A program made the translations under genes and the position numbers. Below, piece after piece: positions 1 to 10,148 of a stretch of DNA of 64,000 nucleotides; the first letter of the stretch is position 1, and every line of letters begins with the position of its first letter. The DNA is from Myxococcales bacterium (GTDB taxonomy: Bacteria; Myxococcota; Myxococcia; Myxococcales; JAJYLH01), in assembly GCA_021787845.1 (NCBI GenBank), contig JAJYLH010000015.1, positions 6,059 through 70,058 on the forward strand, in the 5' to 3' direction. The notes under the pieces were generated by a model that was not told where the DNA came from, made no database searches, and worked only from the letters and a program-made list of their open reading frames with translations.

Positions 1-2
1 GC

Positions 3-917
3 GAGCGGGTTGGGCAGCGCGGTCAAGGACGAAATGGTGGGCGCGTCGTTGCCCGTCGTCGAGAGGGTCGCGGTGCCCGTCGCCGTCGCGCCGAGCGGGT
101 CGGCAACGACCACCGTCAAGGTCGCCGTTTGGCCGTACGCGTTGGGCGCGGTCACCGTCACGCTCGCGCCGGAACCGGCGATGGTCCAGCCGTCGGGCGC
201 GCTCCAGGCGTAGGTGAGCGCGTCGCCGTCCGGGTCGGCCGCCTCCACCTGAGCGGCGACGGTGCCGCCCGGCGCCACCGCCGATGGCACCGCCTGCACC
301 TGGGCGATGAGCGGCGCCTGGTTGGCGCTCGTCGAGAGCAGGATCGATCCGGTCGCGGTGCCGCCCTTGCCGTCGTCGACGGTCACCCGCACCGTCGTCG
401 AGGCGTTCGGAGTGTCCGGCGCCTGGACGGTTGCCGTGCCCGCGCTCGCGCCGGGCTCGAGGGTCCAGGCGTCGTCGGCCGCCGTGAAGGTGTAGGTGAG
501 CGCGTCGCCGTCGTCGTCGGTGGCGACCGCGAGCAGGTCGGCCGTGCCACCGCGCGCGAGGACCGACGGATTGGCGGAGAAGCTCGCGAGGACCGGCGCG
601 TGGTTCTCCTTCTTCAAGGTAAGGGAGACGGTGACGGTCTTGCCCGCGGCGACGGTGACCGACTGGGATGCCGTGACGTAGCCCGCCTTCGAGGCACTCA
701 CGACATAGGTGCCCGCGACGACCGAGAACTGGAAATGGCCGCCCGCATCCGGCGCGAGGAGGGTGCCGGGGATGGAGACGACGGCGCCCGTCAGATCGCC
801 TCCATCGACGGCGAGCGTGCCGCCGATGATGCCTGGCGGGGGGGGCGCCTTCGGTGGCGCGCCGCAGGCGGCGAGAACGCTTGAAACCAGGAGAATCGTG
901 ACGAGCGCCCGACGCAT
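3..917 (-). CDS. Lipoprotein with a carboxypeptidase-regulatory-like domain and tandem Ig/PKD-like repeats (runs off the window)
   Basis: Not in the ORF track because it has no stop in the window. ATG at 917 with GAGGAGG upstream. MRRALVTILLVSSVLAAC lipobox, then GTYVVSASKAGY and repeated NxAP...D(D/P)DGDALTY units. Confidence 0.8.
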   Translation of the reverse strand, partial: MRRALVTILLVSSVLAACGAPPKAPPPPGIIGGTLAVDGGDLTGAVVSIPGTLLAPDAGGHFQFSVVAGTYVVSASKAGYVTASQSVTVAAGKTVTVSLTLKKENHAPVLASFSANPSVLARGGTADLLAVATDDDGDALTYTFTAADDAWTLEPGASAGTATVQAPDTPNASTTVRVTVDDGKGGTATGSILLSTSANQAPLIAQVQAVPSAVAPGGTVAAQVEAADPDGDALTYAWSAPDGWTIAGSGASVTVTAPNAYGQTATLTVVVADPLGATATGTATLSTTGNDAPTISSLTALPNPL

Positions 918-942
918 GGTGAGCCTCCTCGGTAAGCGAGCT

Positions 943-972
943 GACATAGACACAGTCGGCGCTGACTGTCAA
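943..972 (-). promoter_or_regulatory. Sigma70-like promoter with overlapping operator-like palindrome
   Basis: Minus-strand TTGACA (972-967), 18 nt, TATGTC. Palindrome ACAGTCgGCGCtGACTGT at 952-969. Confidence 0.4.
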
Positions 973-1185
973 CGCACGCGGGGCGGCCCGACAAGCAGGC
1001 ATGGAACGAGCGCTGGCGGAGGGATGGGATCCCTCGATCCGTGGCAAGGAACCTGATGGCGTCGGAACGTGGACCTCCCATCCGCCCGGGGCGGGTCGGG
1101 AATCCTGGCTGGCGGTCCCGCGACCGACGGCCTCCGGATCGGCGCGTGGTTTTCGACTATGCTGCGGCGCTTTCTAGGAGACCCG

Positions 1186-3288
1186 ATGGCCAACTCGACC
1201 GAACCGCTTCTGTCTCGCTTCCCTGAGCTCGCCGCGCTGGAGCACGACCCGGCCATCGCCGCCGCGCTGCACGGCACCGACGCCGGGCAGCTCTACAAGG
1301 CGCTGCGCCGGTGGCTCTCGCGGCACGGGGCCGCGTCCGACGCGATGACCGTGCGCCAGGTGCTCCAGAACCGCCGCCGCTTCCTGGTGCCGGTGAAGAG
1401 CGCGCCCAAGCTCGCGACCCTGAACGGCGTCGGCGCGCGCATCTACGGCGCGAGCGAGCGAAACCCGCAGGATGGCACCTACATCACGACGCTGTACTTC
1501 ACCGTGCTCTACATCCCGATTTTCCCGCTCGGCCAGTACCTCGTGCGCAAGGCCGACCGGAAGCGCTTCGCCTTCTTCGGGAAGGTGCCGCTCAGCGAGA
1601 GCCTGAGGTGGTGGCGCAAGCTCTGGGGCGTCGGCCTCGCGGTCGCGGCGGTCGCGATCGCGATCGCCGTCGGGTCCGCGTCGAAGCATTCGACCGTCCA
1701 TCTGATCAACGGCTTCGACGTGCCGGTCGAGGTGAGCGCTGCCGGGAGGCGTGTCCTGGTGCCGCCCAGCTCGCAAGTCGCCGTCGAATGGCCTTCGGGA
1801 CCGGTGGCGGTCACCGCGACGACCGAAAAGGGCGAGGTGATCGATCACGCCACCTGCGACATCGCGAGCTTGACGAGTGCGCTCCAGGCCTACGACATTG
1901 CGGGCGTGCAGCCGCTCTATCGCGAGGACATCTATTACGCCACGTCGTCGGCCACGCCGCCCAAGCCGCCCGAGCCCACGATCCTCGCCGGCCAGCGCTG
2001 CCTCAGCATCGCCAACGTCGACTACGCGTTCACCGAGCCGCCGAAATCGATCGAGATGGACTCGGACCAGGAGACCCGCGTCCACGTCGACCTGACGCCG
2101 GGCGGGTGGCGGCTCGGCGTCTTGAAGCTGCTGTTCAGCGACAGCGCCGCCGACCAGAAGACCGCGAAGACGGTGGTGGCGAACGTGCTCGCGGCTCGGC
2201 CGCAAGACCAGGACCTGGTGACGGCCGCGACTGGGATGCTGGGGATCCGGTCGAGCCCGTCCGAGCTCGCCTCGCTCCTCGGACCGATCGCCACGGCGCA
2301 TCCGAACGCGATTCCGATTCAACGTGCCTACGAGGACGCCTTGCGCGACGCCGGGAAGGAGGCCGAGGCGCTCCAGCGCTACAAGACCGCTTTCGAGAAA
2401 CAGCCGGGCTCCCCGACCGCGGCCTACCTCTACGCGCGGATTCTGCCGTTCGACGAGGCGGCTCCGATCTACATCATGGCTCTGGCGAAGTCGCCGAAGG
2501 ACGTGTGGCTGCGCTTCGCGTACGCCACCGTGCTGACCCACGCCCGCCGCTTCGCCGATGCGCTGCCGCTCTTCGAGAGCCTCTGGAAGGACGCGCCGGA
2601 GAAACGCGGACCGATGTTCGCGGACTACGCCGCCGCGCTCGCGGCCCAGCACCGGACGAGCGATGCCCTCGCGCTCGCCAAGGCGCTGAAGCGATCCGAT
2701 GAGATGCCCTGGCAGAACGCCGTCGCCTACGCCTGCCTCGTTCGCCTCTCGGGCGATGGGGCAGCGGTGTCGACCCTCGACATCGCGAAGCAGGTTCTCG
2801 ACCCGCACCAGGTGACACCCGGCACCGCCGAAGAGCTGCAGTGGCTCTCCGGCCAGCCGGCAGAGGTGAAGCCCGAGGGCGCCGCTGCCGACGACCTGAA
2901 AGCGCTCCAGCTCCTCTCGGCGCTGGCGAACGATCCGTCGGCGGCGCTGTCGCTCCATGATTTGCCGAAGCAGGTGCGGCTGCTCGGCCCAGGCGCGGTG
3001 CTGCTCGCGGGCGAAGCCTGGCGAACCGGAGACCACAAGAACGCGAGCGCCATGCTGGCAAGCGTCATGCCGTCCGAATACGCGCAAGCGGTCGGCTCGT
3101 ACTGGCAGGACGGCAAGCCACCGGCTTCCTTGGACGACATGCCCCTCGATGCCCAGGCGGCCGCCGAGTTCGCCAGGTCGCGGATGGTCACCGGCGCCGA
3201 GCGGCAGAAGCTCGTCGCCCAGGCGAAGGCGGACGACGTGCTCCACGGCCTCGTCAGCACCGCCATCGCCCGCTGGCCGGCGCCCTAG
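1186..3288 (+). CDS. Membrane-anchored TPR-like helical repeat protein
   Basis: AGGAG before ATG 1186. Hydrophobic stretches TLYFTVLYIPIFPLG and LWGVGLAVAAVAIAIAVG. TPR-like helices such as EAEALQRYKTAFEKQPGSPTAAYLYARIL. Confidence 0.7.
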   Translation: MANSTEPLLSRFPELAALEHDPAIAAALHGTDAGQLYKALRRWLSRHGAASDAMTVRQVLQNRRRFLVPVKSAPKLATLNGVGARIYGASERNPQDGTYITTLYFTVLYIPIFPLGQYLVRKADRKRFAFFGKVPLSESLRWWRKLWGVGLAVAAVAIAIAVGSASKHSTVHLINGFDVPVEVSAAGRRVLVPPSSQVAVEWPSGPVAVTATTEKGEVIDHATCDIASLTSALQAYDIAGVQPLYREDIYYATSSATPPKPPEPTILAGQRCLSIANVDYAFTEPPKSIEMDSDQETRVHVDLTPGGWRLGVLKLLFSDSAADQKTAKTVVANVLAARPQDQDLVTAATGMLGIRSSPSELASLLGPIATAHPNAIPIQRAYEDALRDAGKEAEALQRYKTAFEKQPGSPTAAYLYARILPFDEAAPIYIMALAKSPKDVWLRFAYATVLTHARRFADALPLFESLWKDAPEKRGPMFADYAAALAAQHRTSDALALAKALKRSDEMPWQNAVAYACLVRLSGDGAAVSTLDIAKQVLDPHQVTPGTAEELQWLSGQPAEVKPEGAAADDLKALQLLSALANDPSAALSLHDLPKQVRLLGPGAVLLAGEAWRTGDHKNASAMLASVMPSEYAQAVGSYWQDGKPPASLDDMPLDAQAAAEFARSRMVTGAERQKLVAQAKADDVLHGLVSTAIARWPAP

Positions 3289-3359
3289 CAGCGCGACATG
3301 CCCGACCCTGTTATGTTCGGCCAGCTCTCGCCATAGAGGAGGCCCGAAGCTCCCGCACC

Positions 3360-4352
3360 ATGACCAGCAGCGGTCCGATCGAACGTCTCGTCGAAGACGG
3401 GCTCGTCGATGAAGTCGTGCAGCGCGTGAAGACCGGGAAGGAAGCCGAGGTCTTCGTCGTCCGCAAGGGCGCCGAGTTCTTCGCGGCCAAGGTCTACAAG
3501 GAACGCGACGAGCGCAACTTCAAGAACAACGTCGGCTACCTGGAGGGGCGCCTGCTGAAGAGCTCGCGCGACACCCGGGCGGTCGAGAAGCGCACGGCGT
3601 ACGGCGTGCGCGTCGCGGAAGAGTCGTGGATGCACAGCGAGCACGACGCGCTCCAGACGATGGTCCGCGCCGGCGTCCGGGTTCCCAAGCCGGAGCTGTT
3701 CTACGAAGGCGTGCTGCTGATGGAGCTCATCCTCGGTGCGGACGGGCACCCGGCGCCGCGCTTGAGCGACGTGCCGCTGTCGCGGGAGGAAGCGCTCAAG
3801 CTCCACCGCGAAGTCGTCTCGATGATCGTGCGCATGCTCTGCGCCGATCTGATCCACGGGGACCTCTCGCCGTTCAACGTCCTGCTCGCCTGGGACGGCC
3901 CGACGATCATCGACCTGCCCCAGGTGGTGAAGGCCGCGCACAACCGGCAAGCGGAAGCGTTCCTGGTGCGCGACGTGAAGAACGCGACCGAGTTCTTCGC
4001 CCGCTTCGCGCCGGAGCTCAAGGTGCGCTTGGACGACGGCTATGCCATCTGGCGCAAGTACATGCGGCGCGAGCTGACCCCGGACTTCTTTCCCGAGCCC
4101 GGTCGCGCGCCGCGGCCAGCGGGACCGCTCCCGCAGCGCAACCATCGTCCAGGCGGGCCGAAGTCATCTGGCCCGCGCCCGAGCGGCGAGCGTGTCGGTC
4201 CTCAGGGGCGGCAGGGGAGCCGCCCGCCTCAAACGCCACGAGCGCCACGAGCGCCGCGGCCTCAGCCGGTGGCGGCGGCGCCGCACGCCAGCGGGGGAAC
4301 CCCAGGGGGGCAGCCCTCCCGCTTCCACCCGCGGCACCGGCACCGAGGCTAG
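3360..4352 (+). CDS. RIO1-family atypical protein kinase with Pro/Arg-rich tail
   Basis: GKEAEVF, AAKVY, IHGDLSPFNVL and IIDLPQ are RIO kinase motifs. GAGGAGG upstream. Confidence 0.9.
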   Translation: MTSSGPIERLVEDGLVDEVVQRVKTGKEAEVFVVRKGAEFFAAKVYKERDERNFKNNVGYLEGRLLKSSRDTRAVEKRTAYGVRVAEESWMHSEHDALQTMVRAGVRVPKPELFYEGVLLMELILGADGHPAPRLSDVPLSREEALKLHREVVSMIVRMLCADLIHGDLSPFNVLLAWDGPTIIDLPQVVKAAHNRQAEAFLVRDVKNATEFFARFAPELKVRLDDGYAIWRKYMRRELTPDFFPEPGRAPRPAGPLPQRNHRPGGPKSSGPRPSGERVGPQGRQGSRPPQTPRAPRAPRPQPVAAAPHASGGTPGGQPSRFHPRHRHRG

Positions 4353-4440
4353 CCGGGCGAGCGGTGGTCAAATTGGAACGGCGTTCATCGGCCGCCGCTC
4401 CGACTAGCGTCGGGACGGAAGCGGTGCCCGGCGAGCGCGC

Positions 4441-4586
4441 TATTAATCGTCGCGAAAGTATCTGCACCTCGCATCATCAGTCGTGGCACGGGCGTCCCCG
4501 CCCGTGTAGCCTTCATTGTGGCTTTCACAGGCGAGGACGCCTGTGCCACGAGACTCCGACTGCGACTACTTTGGCAACGATTAATA
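4441..4586. mobile_element. MITE-like element with 20-bp terminal inverted repeats enclosing a REP-like doublet
   Basis: TATTAATCGTCGCGAAAGTA (4441-4460) and TACTTTGGCAACGATTAATA (4567-4586) are 18/20 inverted. Inner inverted pair TCGTGGCACGGGCGTCCCCGCCCGTG / CACAGGCGAGGACGCCTGTGCCACGA (4481-4551). Confidence 0.6.
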
Positions 4587-6023
4587 CTGCCCCCACGCGC
4601 CGGACAGCGATACGTCGGCGACGTCGATCTGCGCGTGGTAGTCGCCGTTGCCGACGATGGAGACGTCCGCCGCGGGAAGGTTCGGCGCGCTCTGCTGGAC
4701 CGCGCTGTCGCGCACCTGCCGGTCCGGCTGGAAGAAATGCGCGTAGGCGACCACGAGCTGGTAGCCGCCGAGGGCGAAGCCCAGCCCGACCGACGCGGAG
4801 AGGCGTTCCCAGTTCGCCTGGTCGAGGGCGGTGTAGCTCGACGGGACCGCACTCGTCTCCCCGAGCACGCCCGCGCGGACCGTGAGAAAGCTCAAGGCGG
4901 ACGCGAGCGTCCCCGGCCGGAAGACGCCGCCGAACCGGAGGCTCTGGGCATCCTGGAGCCCTTTCACGAGGCGGCTCGGCTGCACCTTTGTCGTGCCGCT
5001 GTCGCTGACGATGGAAACGTCGTGCGGGTCGAGCTCGATGGCGTCGTAGCGGCTCCAGGCGTCGTAGGTGAAGTCGAGCTCCAGGTCGAACGCCGGCCGG
5101 GAGAGCTTCAGCCCGGCGCGAGCGATCCAGGGGAACTTGACGACGAGGTCCGCCTGGTTGCCCTTCTGCGTCGCCTTCGCCACGGTCAGCGCCGGACCGT
5201 TGGTGAGGGTCATCGTCCCGTGGGCGTGGATGTCGCTCGGCAATTCGAAGCTCGCGCCGACCGCGAGGCCGAAGGGAAGCGCGTAGGAGGCGCCCAGCGT
5301 TGCCGACGGCGTGAAGGCGCTCGTCGCGTCGACGGCGAGGTCCGCGTCCCAGCCCGCGTTCTCGCCGGCCGTGTTCGGGTTCCCGTAGATCGCCTGCTTG
5401 GAGACGAAGTGCGCGTACTGGCCGCGAAAGGTGACGCCCAAGTCGAGCTTCCTCATCAGGCACACGGCGACGCCGAGGTCGAAGGTGTAGACGAGCGAGT
5501 CGTTGGAGATGAGCGAATAGCGCTGCGGCGCTTCTCTCGCGACCTCGCCGGCGTAGGTGCCGCCCTTGCGGTAGCTCCCGCTGTCGTCGCGCGGGTAGAT
5601 GGCGAGCGGATCGGGAAACGCGAGCCCCGTGTAGCCGCTGGCCGGATGCCCTCCGAGAGCGATGGTGAAGGGCACCGGCAGGCGGGTCAGCGCATAGGAG
5701 AGGCCGAACATCGGCGCGATGGTCGGGCCGCCCGCGTTCGACACCGGGAGCCAGCCGTCTTCGTTCGAGCCGTCCGCGTTCAGCCGCTGGAAGGTGAGCT
5801 TCTCCTGCACCGCGCGCAGGTCGATGAGGGCCCGAAAGCCCTTCTGCTGGGCGAGGCCGGCGGGGTTGTAGGTGAGCGCGGTCGCGTCGGTGGGCGACGC
5901 CGCTCCCGTGGAGCCCGAGGCGAGCTCGGCCGCGCCCAGATCCGGAATGTCCAGGCCCGAGCCCCACGCGGCGCCGGGCAGGAGGGCGAACAGGGTCGCG
6001 ACGAAGAGCGCAGGCCGGAGCAT
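4581..6023 (-). CDS. FadL/OmpP1-family outer-membrane fatty-acid or hydrophobic-compound transporter
   Basis: Signal peptide followed by a FadL-type hatch motif (SGLDIPDLGA...DATALTYNPAGLA) and amphipathic beta strands. Confidence 0.8.
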   Translation of the reverse strand: MLRPALFVATLFALLPGAAWGSGLDIPDLGAAELASGSTGAASPTDATALTYNPAGLAQQKGFRALIDLRAVQEKLTFQRLNADGSNEDGWLPVSNAGGPTIAPMFGLSYALTRLPVPFTIALGGHPASGYTGLAFPDPLAIYPRDDSGSYRKGGTYAGEVAREAPQRYSLISNDSLVYTFDLGVAVCLMRKLDLGVTFRGQYAHFVSKQAIYGNPNTAGENAGWDADLAVDATSAFTPSATLGASYALPFGLAVGASFELPSDIHAHGTMTLTNGPALTVAKATQKGNQADLVVKFPWIARAGLKLSRPAFDLELDFTYDAWSRYDAIELDPHDVSIVSDSGTTKVQPSRLVKGLQDAQSLRFGGVFRPGTLASALSFLTVRAGVLGETSAVPSSYTALDQANWERLSASVGLGFALGGYQLVVAYAHFFQPDRQVRDSAVQQSAPNLPAADVSIVGNGDYHAQIDVADVSLSGAWGQY

Positions 6024-6183
6024 GCTTCGCAAATTAGCACGGCGGTCTGCATCCTTCGACGAGGCGGGCCGCTGTTCCGCTCGCGTCCGAATCGTCCAGA
6101 GATGCTTGCGCGTGCGCCGGGTCCGGTCCGATACTGCCGGCCTTTCGTGGCGGGAAGGGGCCTCGAAGGAAAGGCGGTTTGCG

Positions 6184-8409
6184 ATGCGTCACGCGCTTCC
6201 GATCGTCCTCGTCGCCGGCTTGGCCGTCGTCGGCTGCTCCAACGGACCCAGCTCGACCGGCACGCCCGACGGCGGCAACGGGAATCATCCCGACGCCGGG
6301 GCCACCGGGACCGGTCCTGCCATCCTCGGTCACTCGGATTGCGATCCGCTCGGCGAAGGGCAGTGCGGCTACCCCTTCCCGTCGGACGTCTACCTCTCCG
6401 CCGACCCGGCGAACCCGGGCCAGAAGCGCGTCGAGTTCGGCGACGCCACGCTGCCGATGTTCTCGCACACCCGGATGTCCAAGGCGGCCTACGAAGACCA
6501 CGACGGCTGGAGCCCGGGCGTCACCATCCTCGCGAACCTGCCCGGCGCCACGACCACGGGCCTGCCCTTGCCGGACAACACCAACGCTGACGGGCACGGC
6601 TCCGACCAATCGGGCCTCGCCTTGAGCGTGACCACCGCCTCGCCGACGATTCTGCTCGACACCTCGACCGACCCGCCGACCCTGGTGCCGCACTGGGCCG
6701 AGCTCGACATGTCGACCGAAGACGACACCGACCGCGCCTTCATGATTCGTCCGGCGGTGCGGCTGAAGGACGCGACCCGGTACATCGTCGCCATCCGGCA
6801 CGTGAAGGACACGAACGGCCACGACCTGCCGGCGCCGGCGGTGTTCCAGGCGCTGCGCGATGGCACCGCGTCGAACGACCCCTCGGTCGCGCCGCGCCGC
6901 TCGCTCTACGACGACCCGGCGACCGGCATCTTCGCGCTCCTGAAGAAGGCCGGCATCGACAAGACCGACCTCCAGCTCGCCTGGGATTTCACCACCGCGA
7001 GCAGAGAGAACAACACGCAGGACATGGTGGTGATGCGCGACAAGGCCCTGGCAGCGCTGCCGCAGGACGGGCCCGACTACAAGATTCTGAGCGTGGATCA
7101 AAACCCGAACTCGTACATCGCGACCCGCATCCGGGGGACCTTCCGGGTTCCGTTCTTCCTGACCCAGCTCGACCCCGACGGCGCCAAGTTGAACCGTGGG
7201 TCGGACGGGCTGCCGGCGCAGAACGGCTGGCGGGACTTCCCGTTCGAGGTGCAGATTCCGGTCTCCGTCGCGCAGGGCACCGGCGGCGCTCCAGTCCTGG
7301 AGCAGGGCCACGGCCTCCTTGGCGACATGACGGAAGGCGATGGCAGCTACTTCGCGCAGTTCGCGAACGAGAAGAAATACGTGACCGTCGCGGTCGACCT
7401 GATCGGGATGGCCCACGACGACAACGGCTGGGCGCAGATCGACGCGAGCAAGCCGGCGTGGGCGGACGACAAGAACGACAGCGCCGCCTGGGACGACGAG
7501 GACTTCATCAAGAAGATCGTCACCGGCGACATCGGCCGTTTCCGGGAGAGCGTCGACCGGCAGCACCAGGGCCTGTTGAACGAGCTGGTCGCGATGCGGC
7601 TCATGATGGGCAAGTTCCGAAACGATCCCGCGATGCAGGTCGGCAGCGACCACCATTCGGTCGTCGACCTCTCGCAGGGCGTCTACTGGCGCGGCGACAG
7701 CCAGGGCGGCATCCTCGGCGCGACCTACATGGCCCTGACCACCGACGTCACCCGCGGCTACCTCGGCGAGCCGGGCATGCCCTACAGCGTCCTCTTGAAC
7801 CGGTCGGTCGACTTCGGCGAGTTCTTCGACATCCTCCAGTACACCTACAACTCGGCGCGCGACCTCCAACTCGCGATGGGCCTGTTGCAGATGCAGTGGG
7901 ACCGGGCCGAGCCCGACGGGTACGCGCCGTACATCACCTCGAACACCCTGCCGAACACGCCCACCCACTACGTGCTGATGAACGACGCGCTCGGCGACCA
8001 CCAGGTGACGCCGCTGGGCGCGCACGTGATGGAGCGGGCGCTCCAAGCGAAGAACCTGAAGCCGGTGGTGCGCGAGGTGTGGGGCGTCGACGACGCGGAC
8101 GAGGTCGACGACAGCGCTACCGCCGACCCATCGGCGATGGGCGACGCGATGACCGAGTTCGACTTCAGCCTCCCGGCGGCGCCGGTTAGCAACGTGCCGC
8201 CGAGCCCCGCCGCCGGCCAGTCACAGAACGCGTTCGACGGCGAGGACCCGCACGACAAGGTCCGCAAGACCCAGGCGGCGTTCGACCAGACGGACACTTT
8301 CCTGCGCACGGGCGTCGCCAAGAGCTTCTGCACCGCGGGCGGCACCGTCGACCCCGGTCAAGGCGCCTGCACCTGCGTCCCCGTGGACGGTCAGCCCGAC
8401 AAGTGCTGA
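6184..8409 (+). CDS. Lipoprotein with alpha/beta-hydrolase (lipase-like) domain
   Basis: Lipobox LAVVGC, YPFPSD N-terminal motif, GHGLLG oxyanion-like motif, nucleophile elbow GDSQGG, candidate Asp (GDHQV) and His (DPHD). Confidence 0.7.
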   Translation: MRHALPIVLVAGLAVVGCSNGPSSTGTPDGGNGNHPDAGATGTGPAILGHSDCDPLGEGQCGYPFPSDVYLSADPANPGQKRVEFGDATLPMFSHTRMSKAAYEDHDGWSPGVTILANLPGATTTGLPLPDNTNADGHGSDQSGLALSVTTASPTILLDTSTDPPTLVPHWAELDMSTEDDTDRAFMIRPAVRLKDATRYIVAIRHVKDTNGHDLPAPAVFQALRDGTASNDPSVAPRRSLYDDPATGIFALLKKAGIDKTDLQLAWDFTTASRENNTQDMVVMRDKALAALPQDGPDYKILSVDQNPNSYIATRIRGTFRVPFFLTQLDPDGAKLNRGSDGLPAQNGWRDFPFEVQIPVSVAQGTGGAPVLEQGHGLLGDMTEGDGSYFAQFANEKKYVTVAVDLIGMAHDDNGWAQIDASKPAWADDKNDSAAWDDEDFIKKIVTGDIGRFRESVDRQHQGLLNELVAMRLMMGKFRNDPAMQVGSDHHSVVDLSQGVYWRGDSQGGILGATYMALTTDVTRGYLGEPGMPYSVLLNRSVDFGEFFDILQYTYNSARDLQLAMGLLQMQWDRAEPDGYAPYITSNTLPNTPTHYVLMNDALGDHQVTPLGAHVMERALQAKNLKPVVREVWGVDDADEVDDSATADPSAMGDAMTEFDFSLPAAPVSNVPPSPAAGQSQNAFDGEDPHDKVRKTQAAFDQTDTFLRTGVAKSFCTAGGTVDPGQGACTCVPVDGQPDKC

Positions 8410-8462
8410 TCGCTGGATAGCAGGCCGGGCGGCACGCTCGTCCCTCGAGCGCGCCTCCAAGG

Positions 8463-10148
8463 ATGGGCGGCTCATCTCGACTCCCACCGGAAGGCCTTCG
8501 CGTGACCCCCCTCGAGCTGCGTGATTCCCTCGTCCGGGCGCTCACCCGTCCTCCTCGCGCGGGCTCGGTTCCCGCCGGGTACCTGGTCGATCTCGACGAC
8601 GGCGGCGCCATCCTGCACCTGACCGCACGCGGGCGCGCGCTCATCCTGTTGAGCTGGCCCGACGGGTGGAACGGGCGCGAGGCGGTCCTCGAGCGCATCT
8701 CGCGCATCGCTCAGTCGAACCCGCCGCGAACGACGGAGATGGTCGTCATCGGCGGCGGCGCCAATGCGGACGCGCTCGTCAACTCGCTCCGACTAGGCCC
8801 GCGCTTCCACGTCCACCGGCTGGAGACCGACGGCGCCCTGCGGGGGCCCCGGTGGGCACCGAAAGCGCTTCAGCTCGCCGTTCGCGCGGCGATGGCCGAC
8901 CCCGCGCCGCGGCGGCTCGACGCCTCCGAGGTCTCCCAGCTCCGCACGGATTTTCGGCGGGTGGCGGTCGCCGAGCAGCAGTTCATCCAGGCGATTCAGG
9001 GGAAGCGGCCGGTCGCGACCATCGGCCTCATCGTCGCGTGCGCGGCGATCTTCCTCTTGCAGAAGCGCTGGGGGATGAGTGACTTCGCGGTCGTGCGGAT
9101 GGGCGCCACCGACGGGCGGCTCGTTCGCGCGGGCGAGTGGTGGCGCGTCGTTTCCGGCGCGTTCCTGCACGGCGGCTGGGTCCACATCGGCATGAACATG
9201 TGGGCTCTCTGGGTGCTGGGGAAGTTCCTCGAGCCCTTGTTCGGCGCGCCACGGCTCCTCGTGCTCTACACGGTGAGCGCGGCGGTCGGCGGCACCTTGA
9301 GCGTGGTCGTCCACCCGCACGACCTGAGCGTCGGCGCCTCCGGCGCCATCTTCGGGCTGTTGGGCGCGCTCGCGGCGTTGTCGTTCGGCCCGTCGACGCT
9401 GCTCCCGCCGTCGATTCGCGCGAGCCTGCGCCGGACGCTGGCCTGGGTGATCCTCCTGAACGTCGGCATCTCGCTCTTGCCGGAGGTGGACGCCTTCGCG
9501 CACCTCGGCGGCGGTGTCGCTGGGCTTCTGCTCGTGCAGAGCGGGATGCTGGTCAAGGGGCTGGCACCGCAGCGGGCAGCCAGGAGCGGTCTCGGCTGGC
9601 AAGCTGCTGCGTTCGTCTCGGTCCTGGCGCTGGCGGCCCCGGTGGCGGAGGCGTTCGTTCACGGTCGACCCTGGGAGCTGGTGGGCACACCGACCCTGGT
9701 GCAGCGCCCGGTACCGGAAACCACCTTCAGCATCGGGCTGCCGGCGGAGGTTCTGCTGGCGCACGTGGGCAGATCAGGACCGGTGCAGGGGATCGTCTTC
9801 GGCGATCTCGCGAGCGGCGAGGATCCGCTGGCGGTCGAGGTCGAAGTCGAGCCGTCGACCGGGGTCATCAGCCACCGGGACTGGGCCGAGCTTGCGCGGG
9901 CGGACACCGGCGCCCGCATCGTGGCGCCTCCGTTGGAGGAGGTGCTCGGCGGTGTGGAAACGATCGTCTCCAACGAGGTGTTTCCGAATGGCATCCGGGC
10001 ACTGCGCGCGGCGTCCTACCGGGCGGAGCATCACGTTCTCGTCAGCGTCCTGACCGCTCCCGATCTGCCGCCGAGCTGGAGCGGTATCGGCCGGCGCATT
10101 GTCGCCTCGGTCCGCCAGCGCGGGACGCGGGCGCCGGGGCCGAAGTAG
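8463..10148 (+). CDS. Rhomboid-family intramembrane serine protease with soluble N- and C-terminal extensions
   Basis: GEWWR, FLHGGWVHIGMNM, catalytic GASG and AHLGG. Start codon uncertain. Confidence 0.88.
   Translation: MGGSSRLPPEGLRVTPLELRDSLVRALTRPPRAGSVPAGYLVDLDDGGAILHLTARGRALILLSWPDGWNGREAVLERISRIAQSNPPRTTEMVVIGGGANADALVNSLRLGPRFHVHRLETDGALRGPRWAPKALQLAVRAAMADPAPRRLDASEVSQLRTDFRRVAVAEQQFIQAIQGKRPVATIGLIVACAAIFLLQKRWGMSDFAVVRMGATDGRLVRAGEWWRVVSGAFLHGGWVHIGMNMWALWVLGKFLEPLFGAPRLLVLYTVSAAVGGTLSVVVHPHDLSVGASGAIFGLLGALAALSFGPSTLLPPSIRASLRRTLAWVILLNVGISLLPEVDAFAHLGGGVAGLLLVQSGMLVKGLAPQRAARSGLGWQAAAFVSVLALAAPVAEAFVHGRPWELVGTPTLVQRPVPETTFSIGLPAEVLLAHVGRSGPVQGIVFGDLASGEDPLAVEVEVEPSTGVISHRDWAELARADTGARIVAPPLEEVLGGVETIVSNEVFPNGIRALRAASYRAEHHVLVSVLTAPDLPPSWSGIGRRIVASVRQRGTRAPGPK

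Noticed and set aside
8463-10148. Rhomboid as the sorting enzyme for the surface protein at 14010-19232
   Set aside because: Rhombosortases process GlyGly-CTERM tails, while this tail is GCGC MYXO-CTERM-like. The genes are not adjacent.
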